Under the pieces are notes generated by a model. It was not told where the DNA came from. It saw only the letters and a list, made by a program, of their open reading frames with translations, and did not search any database. Shown piece after piece: positions 1-8,844 of a stretch of 64,000 nucleotides of DNA (positions are counted from its first letter, which is position 1; each line of letters opens with the position of its first letter). The stretch is from an uncultured Veillonellaceae bacterium (GTDB taxonomy: Bacteria > Bacillota > Negativicutes > UBA1444). The position numbers were made by a program, and so were the translations under genes. The DNA lies in the NCBI GenBank assembly GCA_964601085.1, contig CAZRLN010000002.1, forward strand, positions 48,207 to 112,206, in the 5' to 3' direction.

Positions 1-237
1 GCCGGAATTTCAGAGTCGATCAATATAGAGGCCGAAGGCAGGGAATACGAACTGTTGCTGGAAGGGCACGATGAAGAGGAGCCTTTATTGGGTTATGGAC
101 GAACGGAACGGGAAGCTCCGGATATCGACGGGACGGTTTATGTCGAAGATGCGAAGGATCTGACAGTTGGCGAATTCGTCAAGGTTAGAATCATTCAGGG
201 GTTCTGTTACGACCGGGTTGCCGAAGTCGCCCGCTGA
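1..237 (+). CDS. rimO: ribosomal protein S12 methylthiotransferase RimO, C-terminal fragment (TRAM domain); 5' end outside window
   Basis: Track ORF 55..237 is in frame 1 and open back to nt 1. Motif GRTEREAPDIDGTVYV...GEFVKVRI...YDRV matches the RimO/MiaB-family TRAM C-terminus. Confidence 0.55.
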   Translation, partial: AGISESINIEAEGREYELLLEGHDEEEPLLGYGRTEREAPDIDGTVYVEDAKDLTVGEFVKVRIIQGFCYDRVAEVAR

Positions 238-261
238 ACCCACGAAAGGAAGAAAACGAGG

Positions 262-1506
262 ATGATTGTAGAAATTGTCAGTACCGGCACGGAATTGTTG
301 CTGGGGCAGATCGTAAACACAAACGCTCCCTATTTAGCCCGAAAACTGAATGAATTGGGCTACGATGCCGTGTATCAGACTACCGTGGGAGATAACCGGC
401 GCCGGATGGCCGGTGTGTTGGCGATTGCGTTGGAGCGGGCGGATATTGTCATTACCAGCGGCGGACTTGGTCCAACCCGTGGTGATATTACGAAGGAAGT
501 AACGGCGGAATTGTTGGGGCGTCCCATGACTTTGCACGAAGACAGCGTGGCGCACATCAAATGCTTCTTTGAACATCGAAACCTTTCCATGCCGCAAAAC
601 AATTTGCGGCAAGCCATGATGCCGGAAGGCGCGATTGTTGTGAAAAATTACCGGGGAACGGCGCCCGGCGTCATTTTGGAGCATGAAGGCAAGACGATCA
701 TCCACTTGCCGGGGCCACCGATTGAATTAGAACACATGTTCGAAAAGGGAATATTGCCCTATTTGGCGGATCGATTTGGCGATCAGGGCCAGATTGTTTC
801 TAAAGTTCTCCGTACCTTTGGTTTGGGAGAATCCGCGCTTGAAGAACGAATTCACGATTTCATTCTGGCTCAGAATAATCCTACGTTGGCGTTGCTGGCC
901 CGCAGCGGCGAAATTCACGTTCGCCTGACCGCCAAGGGGGAAACCGCCGAATTGGCGCATCAATTGATTTCGGAGCTGGAACCGAAGATCAGGGAACGGA
1001 TTGGCGAGTTTGTCTTCGGCACAGATGAGCAGGCGATGGAACAAGTGGTCGGAGAGACTTTGAAGGAAAAACAGTTCACGATCGCGCTGGCGGAATCGTG
1101 CACCGGTGGAGCCATTGCAGCGCGACTGACGGATATTCCCGGTAGTTCGGCCTATCTGAAAGGATCGATTGTCTGCTATAGCAATGAGGTGAAAACGAGC
1201 TTTGTTGGAGTACCTTCGGCAACAATCCAGGAAAAGGGCGCGGTTAGCTCCGAGACGGCCCGGGCGATGGCGGAAGGAATTCGGCAACGTCTTGATGCTA
1301 CTATTGGTGTAGGCGTAACCGGGATCGCCGGCCCAGAAGGCGGAACCGCTGACAAACCGGTGGGATTGGTTTATATCGCCGTTGCCGGACCCAAGGGAAC
1401 AGTCGTCGAAGAACAGCGGTTTGCAGGACAACGCAGCGGAATCCGGACTCGGAGTGTAAATGCCGCTTTGAATTTGGTGCGCCGATATCTGAAATTAATC
1501 AATTAA
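262..1506 (+). CDS. cinA: competence/damage-inducible protein CinA (MocF-like N-domain plus CinA C-domain)
   Basis: 414 aa ORF; N-terminus MIVEIVSTGTELLLGQIVNTNAPYLARKL is the classic CinA start. Conserved cinA-recA synteny in Firmicutes. Confidence 0.85.
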   Translation: MIVEIVSTGTELLLGQIVNTNAPYLARKLNELGYDAVYQTTVGDNRRRMAGVLAIALERADIVITSGGLGPTRGDITKEVTAELLGRPMTLHEDSVAHIKCFFEHRNLSMPQNNLRQAMMPEGAIVVKNYRGTAPGVILEHEGKTIIHLPGPPIELEHMFEKGILPYLADRFGDQGQIVSKVLRTFGLGESALEERIHDFILAQNNPTLALLARSGEIHVRLTAKGETAELAHQLISELEPKIRERIGEFVFGTDEQAMEQVVGETLKEKQFTIALAESCTGGAIAARLTDIPGSSAYLKGSIVCYSNEVKTSFVGVPSATIQEKGAVSSETARAMAEGIRQRLDATIGVGVTGIAGPEGGTADKPVGLVYIAVAGPKGTVVEEQRFAGQRSGIRTRSVNAALNLVRRYLKLIN

Positions 1507-1512
1507 CGAGCA

Positions 1513-1541
1513 TTGACATGCCGAACGTATGTTTGTATAAT
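1513..1541 (+). promoter_or_regulatory. recA sigma-A promoter TTGACA-17-TATAAT with LexA (Cheo) box CGAACGTATGTTTG at about 1522..1535 in the spacer
   Basis: Read directly: cattgacatgccgaacgtatgtttgtataatg 44 nt upstream of the recA ATG. The box matches the Gram-positive consensus CGAACRNRYGTTYG. Confidence 0.7.
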
Positions 1542-1584
1542 GACATTGAGCTAAAATGCGCCACTCAGAAGAGGAGGACATGTC

Positions 1585-2631
1585 ATGGATAAAGAAAAGA
1601 GCAAAGCGCTCGACATTGCCTTGCACCAGATTGAAAAGGATTTTGGCAAAGGTTCCATCTGGAAGTTGGGGGAAGCCGCCGCAAAAATGAATGTGGAGTA
1701 TATTCCTACCGGTTCCATTGGTTTGGATATTGCGTTGGGGATTGGCGGCGTGCCACGAGGGCGGGTTGTGGAGATTTATGGACCGGAGTCCTCCGGCAAG
1801 ACAACCGTGGCTCTTCAGATTATTGCGCAAGCCCAAAAAGCTGGAGGCGTTGCTGCTTTCATCGATGCGGAACATGCTCTGGACCCGTTGTACGCGCGAA
1901 AATTGGGCGTCGATATTGACAATTTGCTGATTTCGCAACCGGATTATGGCGAGCAAGCCTTGGAAATCGCCGATGCGCTGGTTCGCAGCGGCGCCATTGA
2001 CATCATCGTTGTCGACTCGGTTGCGGCGTTGGTTCCGAAAGCTGAAATCGAAGGCGACATGGGAGATTCCCACGTCGGGCTGCAAGCCCGGTTGATGTCC
2101 CAGGCTTTGCGAAAACTGACCGGGATCATTTCCAAGTCCAGGACAACGGCAATTTTCATTAATCAGCTTCGGGAAAAGGTCGGCGTAATGTTTGGGAATC
2201 CGGAAACGACGACCGGCGGCCGCGCCCTGAAATTTTACGCCAGTATTCGTCTGGATGTTCGGCGCATTGAAAGCATAAAGGTAGATAATGTGGTGGTCGG
2301 CAACCGCACCCGGGTGAAAGTGGTTAAGAACAAAGTCGCGCCGCCATTTCGGCAGGCGGAATTCGATATTATTTTTGGTGAAGGCATTTCTCGGGAGGGC
2401 AGTGTTGTGGATTTGGCGACCGAAATGGAGATTTTCGCCAAGAGCGGCGCCTGGTACTCCTATAAAGACACTCGGATCGGCCAAGGCCGGGAAAATGTGA
2501 AAGAATACTTGCGCAAAAATCCACAACTGACGGACGAATTGGAAGCAAGAATCCGTGAATCCGCCATGGGAAAATTGCTTGCCATGCCGGAATCGCCGGA
2601 ATCAACGGATGATGCGGCGGAAACAGAATGA
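1585..2631 (+). CDS. recA: recombinase RecA
   Basis: 348 aa; Walker [10 protein letters not shown]; near-identity to Firmicute RecA throughout. SD GAGGAGG 7 nt upstream of the ATG. Confidence 0.97.
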   Translation: MDKEKSKALDIALHQIEKDFGKGSIWKLGEAAAKMNVEYIPTGSIGLDIALGIGGVPRGRVVEIYGPESSGKTTVALQIIAQAQKAGGVAAFIDAEHALDPLYARKLGVDIDNLLISQPDYGEQALEIADALVRSGAIDIIVVDSVAALVPKAEIEGDMGDSHVGLQARLMSQALRKLTGIISKSRTTAIFINQLREKVGVMFGNPETTTGGRALKFYASIRLDVRRIESIKVDNVVVGNRTRVKVVKNKVAPPFRQAEFDIIFGEGISREGSVVDLATEMEIFAKSGAWYSYKDTRIGQGRENVKEYLRKNPQLTDELEARIRESAMGKLLAMPESPESTDDAAETE

Positions 2632-3086
2632 CAAGAAATCAAACGACAGGACCGTTGGAAACAGCGGTCCGTTTGCTTGCCCGGCGGGAATATGCTGAGA
2701 AGGAACTTCGACAAAAATTGTTGCGGCAAAATTTTGACCCGGATTCGATTTCCACCGTCATGGCGACACTGAAAGAGAAGGGATATTTGAATGACACCCA
2801 GTATATGCAGCGGACCATCGAACGACTAGTGGCGGAAAAACGCTGCGGCGTGCGTGGCATAATCGCTAAACTTCGACAAATGGGACTGACGGTAACCAAC
2901 GAAGAAGTTCGGGAGTATTGCCCTATGGAGGAAGAATGGAATATCGCCAGTCAATTGGTGGAAAAAAAGTTTCATTTGTTGGATTCCGAAGCTTTTCCCC
3001 GGATTGCCCGCTTTCTTGTCAACCGGGGTTTTTCCGCTGAAACGGTGAGCCGGTTTGCCGACGAATGCCGCAAACATCAGTACTGA
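2628..3086 (+). CDS. recX: RecA regulator RecX
   Basis: 152 aa ORF overlapping the recA stop (ATGA). Length and position are typical of recX; helical-repeat protein. Confidence 0.8.
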   Translation: MTRNQTTGPLETAVRLLARREYAEKELRQKLLRQNFDPDSISTVMATLKEKGYLNDTQYMQRTIERLVAEKRCGVRGIIAKLRQMGLTVTNEEVREYCPMEEEWNIASQLVEKKFHLLDSEAFPRIARFLVNRGFSAETVSRFADECRKHQY

Positions 3087-3099
3087 TGCGGCTCTAACC

Positions 3100-3128
3100 T
3101 TGACACTTTGGCGAAAAAGAATTACAAT
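3100..3128 (+). promoter_or_regulatory. sigma-A promoter TTGACA-17-TACAAT upstream of rny
   Basis: ccttgacactttggcgaaaaagaattacaatg read directly. About 55 nt before the rny ORF. Confidence 0.6.
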
Positions 3129-3183
3129 GAAATCGCCAATCGTGTGACCGGATACTGTCAAGTTGTAACACGAGACAATTTGA

Positions 3184-4800
3184 TTGAGGAAAGGTTACTT
3201 TGAAAAGCCGAGTATGTACTCGGCTTTCCCCTTACTATCGGATATGGAGAGGAGGCAAACTACCATTGTTGAAAAGTTAATCTTTGTATTGGTTGCCGCG
3301 GCAATCGGAACGGCTGCCGGTTATTGGATTCGAAAAAAACTGGCGGAAGCCAAGATCGCTTCGGCGGAAGAGGCCGCCCGGAAAATTCTCGACGATGCTC
3401 AGCACAGCGCGGATGCTCGAAAGAAAGAATCCCTGATTGAAGCCAAAGAGGAGATTCATCGTTTTAGGGCGGAAGCCGAGCGTGAACTCAAGGAACGCCG
3501 CTCCGAAGTTCAGCGGATGGAACGCCGCTTGCAGCAAAAAGAAGAGAACTTGGATCGAAAAATTGAGTCCATGGAGAAAAAGGAAGAGAATATCGGCAAA
3601 CGTGAATTGGAAGTAGACGGCAAACAGGCGGAGATCAACGAACTGTTTCAAAAGCAGGTCGACGAACTGGAACGTTTGGCCGGTTTGACACAAGAAGAAG
3701 CCAAAGCAGTTTTGCTTTCCAATGTTGAGCAAGAAACCCGTCATGAAATGGCAATTCTGATCAAAGATCTGGAGCACCAGGCGAAGGAAGAATCCGAGAA
3801 AAAAGCCCGTGAAATTATTTCGTTGGCGATTCAACGCTGTGCTGCTGATCATGCTGCAGAAACCACTGTTTCTGTAGTGAGTCTGCCCAACGACGAAATG
3901 AAAGGGCGAATTATTGGCCGGGAGGGCAGAAACATTCGGACCCTGGAAGCGCTGACCGGGATTGATCTGATTATTGACGATACCCCGGAAGCGATCCTTA
4001 TCTCCGGTTTTGATCCGGTTCGACGGGAAGTCGCCCGGATTGCCCTGGAAAAACTGATCAGTGATGGCCGCATTCATCCCGCACGGATTGAAGAAACTGT
4101 CGAAAAAGCGCAAAGGGAAGTGGAACAGCGGATCAAGGACGCCGGAGAACAGGCAACCTTTGAAACGGGTATCCATGGTTTGCACCCGGAATTGATCCGA
4201 TTGTTGGGCCGTTTGAAGTATCGTACCAGCTATGGCCAGAACGTATTGAAACATTCGATTGAAGTTTCGCATCTGGCCGGAGTGATGGCGGCGGAACTGG
4301 GCGTGGATGTTACATTGGCCAAACGGGCCGGATTGTTGCATGACATTGGCAAAGCGATCGATCATGAAGTGGAAGGCCCCCATGTGACAATTGGCGGGGA
4401 CCTGGCCAAGAAATATCGGGAATCAGCGGAAGTCATCAATGCGATAGTTGCGCATCATGGCGATGAGGAACCCAAAACAATCCAGGCGGTTCTCGTGGCC
4501 GCTGCAGATGCTGTTTCCGCCGCAAGACCTGGTGCACGGCGTGAAACCTTGGAAAGCTATATCAAGCGTTTGACCAAACTGGAAGAAATCGCCGATTCCT
4601 TTGATGGGGTCGACAAGTCGTATGCGATTCAAGCAGGACGTGAAGTCCGTATTATTGTCAAACCGGAAAAAATCGACGATCTGGCCTCGATTCGCTTAGC
4701 GAAGGACATCGTGAAACAAATCGAATCGGATATGGATTATCCGGGTCAAATCCGCGTAACAGTAATTCGGGAAACTCGTGCCGTTGATTACGCAAAATAA
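3184..4800 (+). CDS. rny: ribonuclease Y (N-terminal TM helix, KH and HD domains)
   Basis: Near-colinear with B. subtilis Rny (KH motif [12 protein letters not shown]; HD motif LLHDIGKA; C-terminus [13 protein letters not shown]-like). Track start is TTG 3184; an in-frame ATG at 3244 is the alternative. The only strong SD (GGAGAGGAGG about 3246-3255) lies just downstream of that ATG, so the start is ambiguous. Confidence 0.9.
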   Translation: MRKGYFEKPSMYSAFPLLSDMERRQTTIVEKLIFVLVAAAIGTAAGYWIRKKLAEAKIASAEEAARKILDDAQHSADARKKESLIEAKEEIHRFRAEAERELKERRSEVQRMERRLQQKEENLDRKIESMEKKEENIGKRELEVDGKQAEINELFQKQVDELERLAGLTQEEAKAVLLSNVEQETRHEMAILIKDLEHQAKEESEKKAREIISLAIQRCAADHAAETTVSVVSLPNDEMKGRIIGREGRNIRTLEALTGIDLIIDDTPEAILISGFDPVRREVARIALEKLISDGRIHPARIEETVEKAQREVEQRIKDAGEQATFETGIHGLHPELIRLLGRLKYRTSYGQNVLKHSIEVSHLAGVMAAELGVDVTLAKRAGLLHDIGKAIDHEVEGPHVTIGGDLAKKYRESAEVINAIVAHHGDEEPKTIQAVLVAAADAVSAARPGARRETLESYIKRLTKLEEIADSFDGVDKSYAIQAGREVRIIVKPEKIDDLASIRLAKDIVKQIESDMDYPGQIRVTVIRETRAVDYAK

Positions 4801-4840
4801 TCATTTTTAAACAACGGTTTCCCGATAGGGAAGATGATCT

Positions 4841-4882
4841 GGAAACGACCTTGTTTAAGGTCGTTTCCGATTTTTGGTTTTT
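4841..4882 (+). terminator. rho-independent terminator after rny
   Basis: GGAAACGACC-ttgtttaa-GGTCGTTTCC, a perfect 10-bp stem followed by GATTTTTGGTTTTT. Confidence 0.75.
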
Positions 4883-4900
4883 GAAGTGAGGGACGCAACC

Positions 4901-5437
4901 ATGGTACCTAAAATTAATTCGAATAGTTCAGATACGCGCTCTTCCGATGGCGTTAGTCTGTTAATTTCTTTATTGATGCGGTTTCCTCAAATTGGAACCC
5001 TTCAATTTGATTCCAAGCATCGCTTGCTGACGATGAACTTTATGTTGGCGCAAACTGTGTCGGCAACCGATCTGAATTCTGTAAAAATGGCCATAGACTC
5101 TCATCTGAAGGCGTATCATTTCATCACGGGAAAAGCTCCCTCCTGCTTAAAGATTACTACTAAACAGCCTTATGAAAAATTTTGCATGTTGTCGATTGTT
5201 CGAGACATTGCGACTTTGTCAAAAGGTGAAATTACTTTATTAAGCACGCTTTTGTCGGAAAACTTTCGGGAATGTCTGATTCTTGACGATTCGGAATACA
5301 TTGCCGATTTTGTTGATGACTTCGAGATTCCGGAAGAGATGATCGACAGTATGTTTGAAGTCGTTCGGGCGCAACGGGCGGCAAATAGTTTGACGGCGTT
5401 ACGTGAGAACGGACGCGTTCTTGTTTTTAGCAAGTAA
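4901..5437 (+). CDS. hypothetical protein (178 aa), no recognisable domain; occupies the ymdB-like position between rny and spoVS
   Basis: Track ORF 4874..5437. Chosen start ATG 4901 (M10) has SD GAGGGA 7 nt upstream. Visibly AT-richer than its neighbours. Confidence 0.5.
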   Translation: MVPKINSNSSDTRSSDGVSLLISLLMRFPQIGTLQFDSKHRLLTMNFMLAQTVSATDLNSVKMAIDSHLKAYHFITGKAPSCLKITTKQPYEKFCMLSIVRDIATLSKGEITLLSTLLSENFRECLILDDSEYIADFVDDFEIPEEMIDSMFEVVRAQRAANSLTALRENGRVLVFSK

Positions 5438-5514
5438 GTGGCAGGAGTTTTGAGAATTCTGACGAAACGTTAATCAGTACGGTGAAATATGGAGGAGGAG
5501 GGTGCAACGAAAGC

Positions 5515-5775
5515 ATGGGCGTTTTGAAGGTTTCAGCCAAATCTAATCCTAATTCGGTCGCAGGCGCATTGGCAGGCGTGATTCGCGAACAGGGATCCGC
5601 CGAAATTCAGGCAATTGGTGCTGGTGCGCTAAACCAGGCCGCCAAAGCGGTGGCTATTGCCCGTGGTTTTGTTGCCCCGCAGGGGATTGATTTGATTTGT
5701 ATTCCCGCTTTCGCGGATATTCTGATTGATGGAGAAGAAAGAACCGCTATTAAATTGATTGTCGAGCCGCGATAA
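5515..5775 (+). CDS. spoVS: stage V sporulation protein S
   Basis: 86 aa from M12 of track ORF 5482..5775; near-identical to B. subtilis SpoVS (LKVSAKS.PNSVAGALAGV...IKLIVEPR). Multiple GGAGG SDs upstream. Confidence 0.9.
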   Translation: MGVLKVSAKSNPNSVAGALAGVIREQGSAEIQAIGAGALNQAAKAVAIARGFVAPQGIDLICIPAFADILIDGEERTAIKLIVEPR

Positions 5776-5788
5776 ATCATTCGCAAGA

Positions 5789-5820
5789 GGAACCTGTTTG
5801 AGGACAGGTTCCGCTTTTAT
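5789..5820 (+). terminator. rho-independent terminator after spoVS
   Basis: GGAACCTGT-ttgagg-ACAGGTTCC followed by GCTTTTATC. Confidence 0.75.
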
Positions 5821-5894
5821 CGGAAAATTCCTGCGGCGGATTCGATTCCATTGAAACCGGTAATCGGATATTGTAGCTGCCGGGAGGGTATGGG

Positions 5895-6731
5895 TTGGAC
5901 GTAGTCGCATTCATCGGGCCGACAGGCACGGGAAAAAGCCATCGGGCTTCGAAAGTGGCTCATGATTGTGGCGCCGATGTAATTATTGACGATGGGCTGC
6001 TAATCAAAGATAATAAAATTATTGCGGGTTCGTCGGCCAAATATGAGACGAATAAGATTCGCTCGGTAAAAAAGGCCATCTTTGCGGATGACGATCATGC
6101 CGATCAAGTGCGAAACGCACTGGCGAAAATGCAGATTTCGCGTGTATTGGTGCTGGGAACTTCCCGAAATATGGTGGAAAAAATTATTCGTGTGCTGAAG
6201 TTGCCACCCGTCTCGCAAGTTATTAATATTCATGATGTTTCCACCCCGGATGCGATCCGTAAGGCCCGGGAGACAAGACGGACGCAAAACAAGCATATTG
6301 TACCCGTCCCGAAGATTGAACTTCAGCCGCATCTGCCGAATTTCATGATTGATCCGATGCGCTTGTTCGCCAAATCGACCCGGCAAGCCAGACATCATTA
6401 TGGCGAAGTATCCGTGGTCCGGCCCAATCGATTTTCGGTATTCGGCAAACTGATTATTACGGAACGCGCTGTGGCCATGATTGTACGGGAAGAGTTATTA
6501 AAAGATAAATCCTGGGTCGCGCTAACGCGTATTTCCGTAAAAAATATGGAAAAACCGGAACGTGGGTTGGTTTTACGTCTGGATGTGACGGTTCGATATG
6601 GCGTTAATATCCCGAACGCAGTTCGTGCCGCACAAGATCGGATCAAAATGCAGGTTGAATATATGACCTGGATGACGGTTACGGATGTTGACATTTTTGT
6701 TCGTAGCATTGTTGCGGAGACAAAAGGATAG
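5895..6731 (+). CDS. two-domain protein: N-terminal P-loop NTPase (Walker A GPTGTGKS, Walker-B-like VIIDDG) fused to a C-terminal Asp23/Gls24 (alkaline shock protein, DUF322-like) domain
   Basis: 278 aa; TTG start with SD GGGAGGG 6 nt upstream. The C-terminal about 110 aa (ITERAVAMIVREELL...LRLDVTVRYGVNIPNAVRAAQDRIKMQVEYMTW...) match the Asp23 family pattern. Confidence 0.6.
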   Translation: MDVVAFIGPTGTGKSHRASKVAHDCGADVIIDDGLLIKDNKIIAGSSAKYETNKIRSVKKAIFADDDHADQVRNALAKMQISRVLVLGTSRNMVEKIIRVLKLPPVSQVINIHDVSTPDAIRKARETRRTQNKHIVPVPKIELQPHLPNFMIDPMRLFAKSTRQARHHYGEVSVVRPNRFSVFGKLIITERAVAMIVREELLKDKSWVALTRISVKNMEKPERGLVLRLDVTVRYGVNIPNAVRAAQDRIKMQVEYMTWMTVTDVDIFVRSIVAETKG

Positions 6732-6751
6732 AAAGGGGGCCGTGTAACGAT

Positions 6752-7105
6752 TTGGCTACAAATGACGATGGGTTGGTTCTTTTTTCGGGTTATGCAAAAT
6801 TGCCGGTTGGAATTACTGCCAGTGAAATGTATAAAGTGATCGGGATGATTCTAGTCATCCGGGTGGAAACGGGTGAGATTGTGGAAGCTGATTGTACACT
6901 GGCGACAAAAGTTGCCCGGGAATATGTTTCCCAGGTTTTACTGGGACAGTCGTTGAAAAACGGACCAGACGCCGTCTTGCGAATTGTGGACAAACGTTAT
7001 CAGGGAAGCGCTAAAAAAGCCATTATGACTTCACTGCGGATTATTTATGATAAGTATCGGAGTTTTATGGAGGAGCAAATGGCATCCGAAACGGAGTTTC
7101 ATTGA
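6752..7105 (+). CDS. small conserved hypothetical protein (117 aa), likely co-transcribed with the P-loop/Asp23 gene
   Basis: Track ORF; 20-nt gap after the upstream gene. No domain recognised with confidence. Confidence 0.55.
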   Translation: MATNDDGLVLFSGYAKLPVGITASEMYKVIGMILVIRVETGEIVEADCTLATKVAREYVSQVLLGQSLKNGPDAVLRIVDKRYQGSAKKAIMTSLRIIYDKYRSFMEEQMASETEFH

Positions 7106-7137
7106 GTAGTTGATTGTTTGTTTGTTCAGGAGAAGAG

Positions 7138-7417
7138 ATGTCGTTTTATATCGATAGGGGTCCTGATAGGTATTTTGATTGGTTTGCTGAGGGTTGGCGG
7201 TGTTTTATTCGTTCCGATTATGGTGACGTAGCTGGCGGTTCCCAACATTCAGCGCCGATGAATGGTATTGTTGCTGGCGGCAGGATCAATCTTAGGCAGC
7301 CTGGTCAGCTTAAATTTGGTCCAGCGGATTGATGGAACGATACTAATGCGTATTTTGGGCATCCTTTTGATTTACTCCAGCTATAAAATGATTTTTCCTC
7401 ACGCCCAGAAATCTTAG
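7138..7417 (+). pseudogene. decayed TSUP/TauE-SafE family membrane transporter gene (frameshifted and internally deleted)
   Basis: Frame A gives MSFY...; frame B gives ISIGVLIGILIGLLRVGGVLFVPIMVT*, a typical TSUP N-terminal helix with a GG motif. Frame C ends AGSILGSLVSLNLVQRIDGTILMRILGILLIYSSYKMIF*, a typical TSUP C-terminus. The three pieces lie in three frames within about 280 nt, against about 750 nt for an intact gene. Confidence 0.6.
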
Positions 7418-7434
7418 AGGAAGAAATCATTCCG

Positions 7435-7463
7435 CGCTCTGCCGGTTTTGTGCCGGGAGAGCG
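7435..7463 (+). terminator. hairpin (11-bp stem, 1 mismatch) with T-rich tail; probable relic terminator of the decayed TSUP gene, or an attenuator before miaB
   Basis: CGCTCTGCCGG-ttttgtg-CCGGGAGAGCG followed by ACTTTGCATTTATG. Confidence 0.35.
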
Positions 7464-7500
7464 ACTTTGCATTTATGAAGTTTTATGGAGAGGAGTCCCT

Positions 7501-8844
7501 ATGCAGATTCAGTCCTACCATATTGAGAGTTTCGGCTGCCAGATGAACCTGAGCGATTCCGAACGCTTGGCCGCTCAACTGGAGAGTTTGGGTTGCGTTT
7601 CGGTGGATCAGGCGGAACAGGCCGATGTGATCATCCTGAACACCTGTTGCGTGCGCGAAAGCGCCGAAAACCGGATTTTTGGCCGTATTGGTGCTTTAAA
7701 GCGATGGAAACAGAATAATCCGGAATTAATCCTCGTGATTGCCGGATGCTTGGCGCAAAAGGATCAGGATGCGATTTTCCGTCGGGCGCCGCATGTGGAT
7801 ATTGTATTGGGAACTCAAAATATTGATCGCCTCGCGGAAATCCTCGGGGAAAAACAACGACGGCGGCGGATTGTCGAATCCCAGCCGCATAATGAGGACG
7901 GATTGGGCGAAGTGGCGGGTTCCCGTCGCCATGTCGGCATCAGCGCCTGGATTCCTGTCATGTACGGTTGTGATAATTTTTGCAGCTATTGCATTGTGCC
8001 ATATGTGCGAGGTCGGGAGCGCAGCAGGTCTCCCGAGGCGATCCTGCAGGAAATTCGAGACTTCGTAGCGTCTGGTGGACGTGAAGTGACGTTGTTGGGG
8101 CAGAACGTCAATTCCTATGGCAAAAATTTGCCGGAGCCGTGGAGTTTCCCCCAACTGTTATCGGCGGTGGACCAAATTCCCGGCTTGCGTCGAATCCGCT
8201 TCATGACCTCGCATCCGAAAGATTTCGGTGAAGAGTTGATCCAAGTGATGGCCACGGGCCGGAATATCTGCGCTCATCTTCATTTGCCGGTACAGTCGGG
8301 TTGTGACGAGATTTTGCGCCGAATGAATCGCCACTATACGACCGATGAATATCGGCGTCATGTCGCCGCCTTGCGCGCCGTTCTTCCCAAAGTCAGTCTC
8401 ACAACGGACCTCATTGTCGGTTTTCCGGGCGAGACGGACGCCATGTTTGACGAAACTTTGCAGTTTATTGGCGAAATGAAATTTGATGCCGCTTTTACTT
8501 TCCTATATTCCAAACGATCAGGAACTCCGGCGGCAACCCTGGAACAGCAAGTTCCACCGGAAGTAAAGCAGGCTCGTTTGCAGCGGCTGATGGATTTGCA
8601 AAATGAGATCAGTCTGCGTCGCAACGAACAGTGGTTGGATCAAACCGTCGAGGTGCTTGCCGATGGGCCGAGCAAGACGGATGCCGCCACCTATTCGGGG
8701 CGAACCGTTCAGAATAAGATTGTTCTTTGGCCTACGGAACCGGATGATGCTCCTGGTGTATTCCGGCGGATACGGATTACTTCCGCCCAGACATTTTTGC
8801 TCAAGGGAACCGCAGTTTCGGAAAGGAACGGGATGCAACCTTGA
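7501..8844 (+). CDS. miaB: tRNA-2-methylthio-N6-dimethylallyladenosine synthase MiaB
   Basis: Radical-SAM CxxxCxxC, MTTase N-domain and TRAM domain. Start ATG 7501 (M18 of the track ORF) follows SD GGAGAGGAG. Confidence 0.9.
   Translation: MQIQSYHIESFGCQMNLSDSERLAAQLESLGCVSVDQAEQADVIILNTCCVRESAENRIFGRIGALKRWKQNNPELILVIAGCLAQKDQDAIFRRAPHVDIVLGTQNIDRLAEILGEKQRRRRIVESQPHNEDGLGEVAGSRRHVGISAWIPVMYGCDNFCSYCIVPYVRGRERSRSPEAILQEIRDFVASGGREVTLLGQNVNSYGKNLPEPWSFPQLLSAVDQIPGLRRIRFMTSHPKDFGEELIQVMATGRNICAHLHLPVQSGCDEILRRMNRHYTTDEYRRHVAALRAVLPKVSLTTDLIVGFPGETDAMFDETLQFIGEMKFDAAFTFLYSKRSGTPAATLEQQVPPEVKQARLQRLMDLQNEISLRRNEQWLDQTVEVLADGPSKTDAATYSGRTVQNKIVLWPTEPDDAPGVFRRIRITSAQTFLLKGTAVSERNGMQP

Noticed and set aside
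1495-2526. Long antisense ORFs opposite recA, rny, mutS, mutL and the nfn/mtn genes (for example 1495..2526 -, 3277..4383 -, 9822..10883 -, 32046..33431 +, 34749..36083 +, 36225..36944 +)
   Set aside because: They overlap well-supported conserved genes on the other strand, have no SD or homology, and translate to the low-complexity Arg/Gly/Pro-rich strings typical of shadow ORFs in GC-rich coding DNA.
5438-5514. Possible sigma-H-type promoter for spoVS (AGGAGTT ... GAAAC)
   Set aside because: The -10 is GAAA rather than the GAAT required and the spacing is uncertain. Too weak to call from sequence alone.
7114-7332. Track ORF of 72 aa called as a gene
   Set aside because: Its sequence is a read-through of the decayed TSUP start into out-of-frame DNA. 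Better explained as part of the pseudogene.
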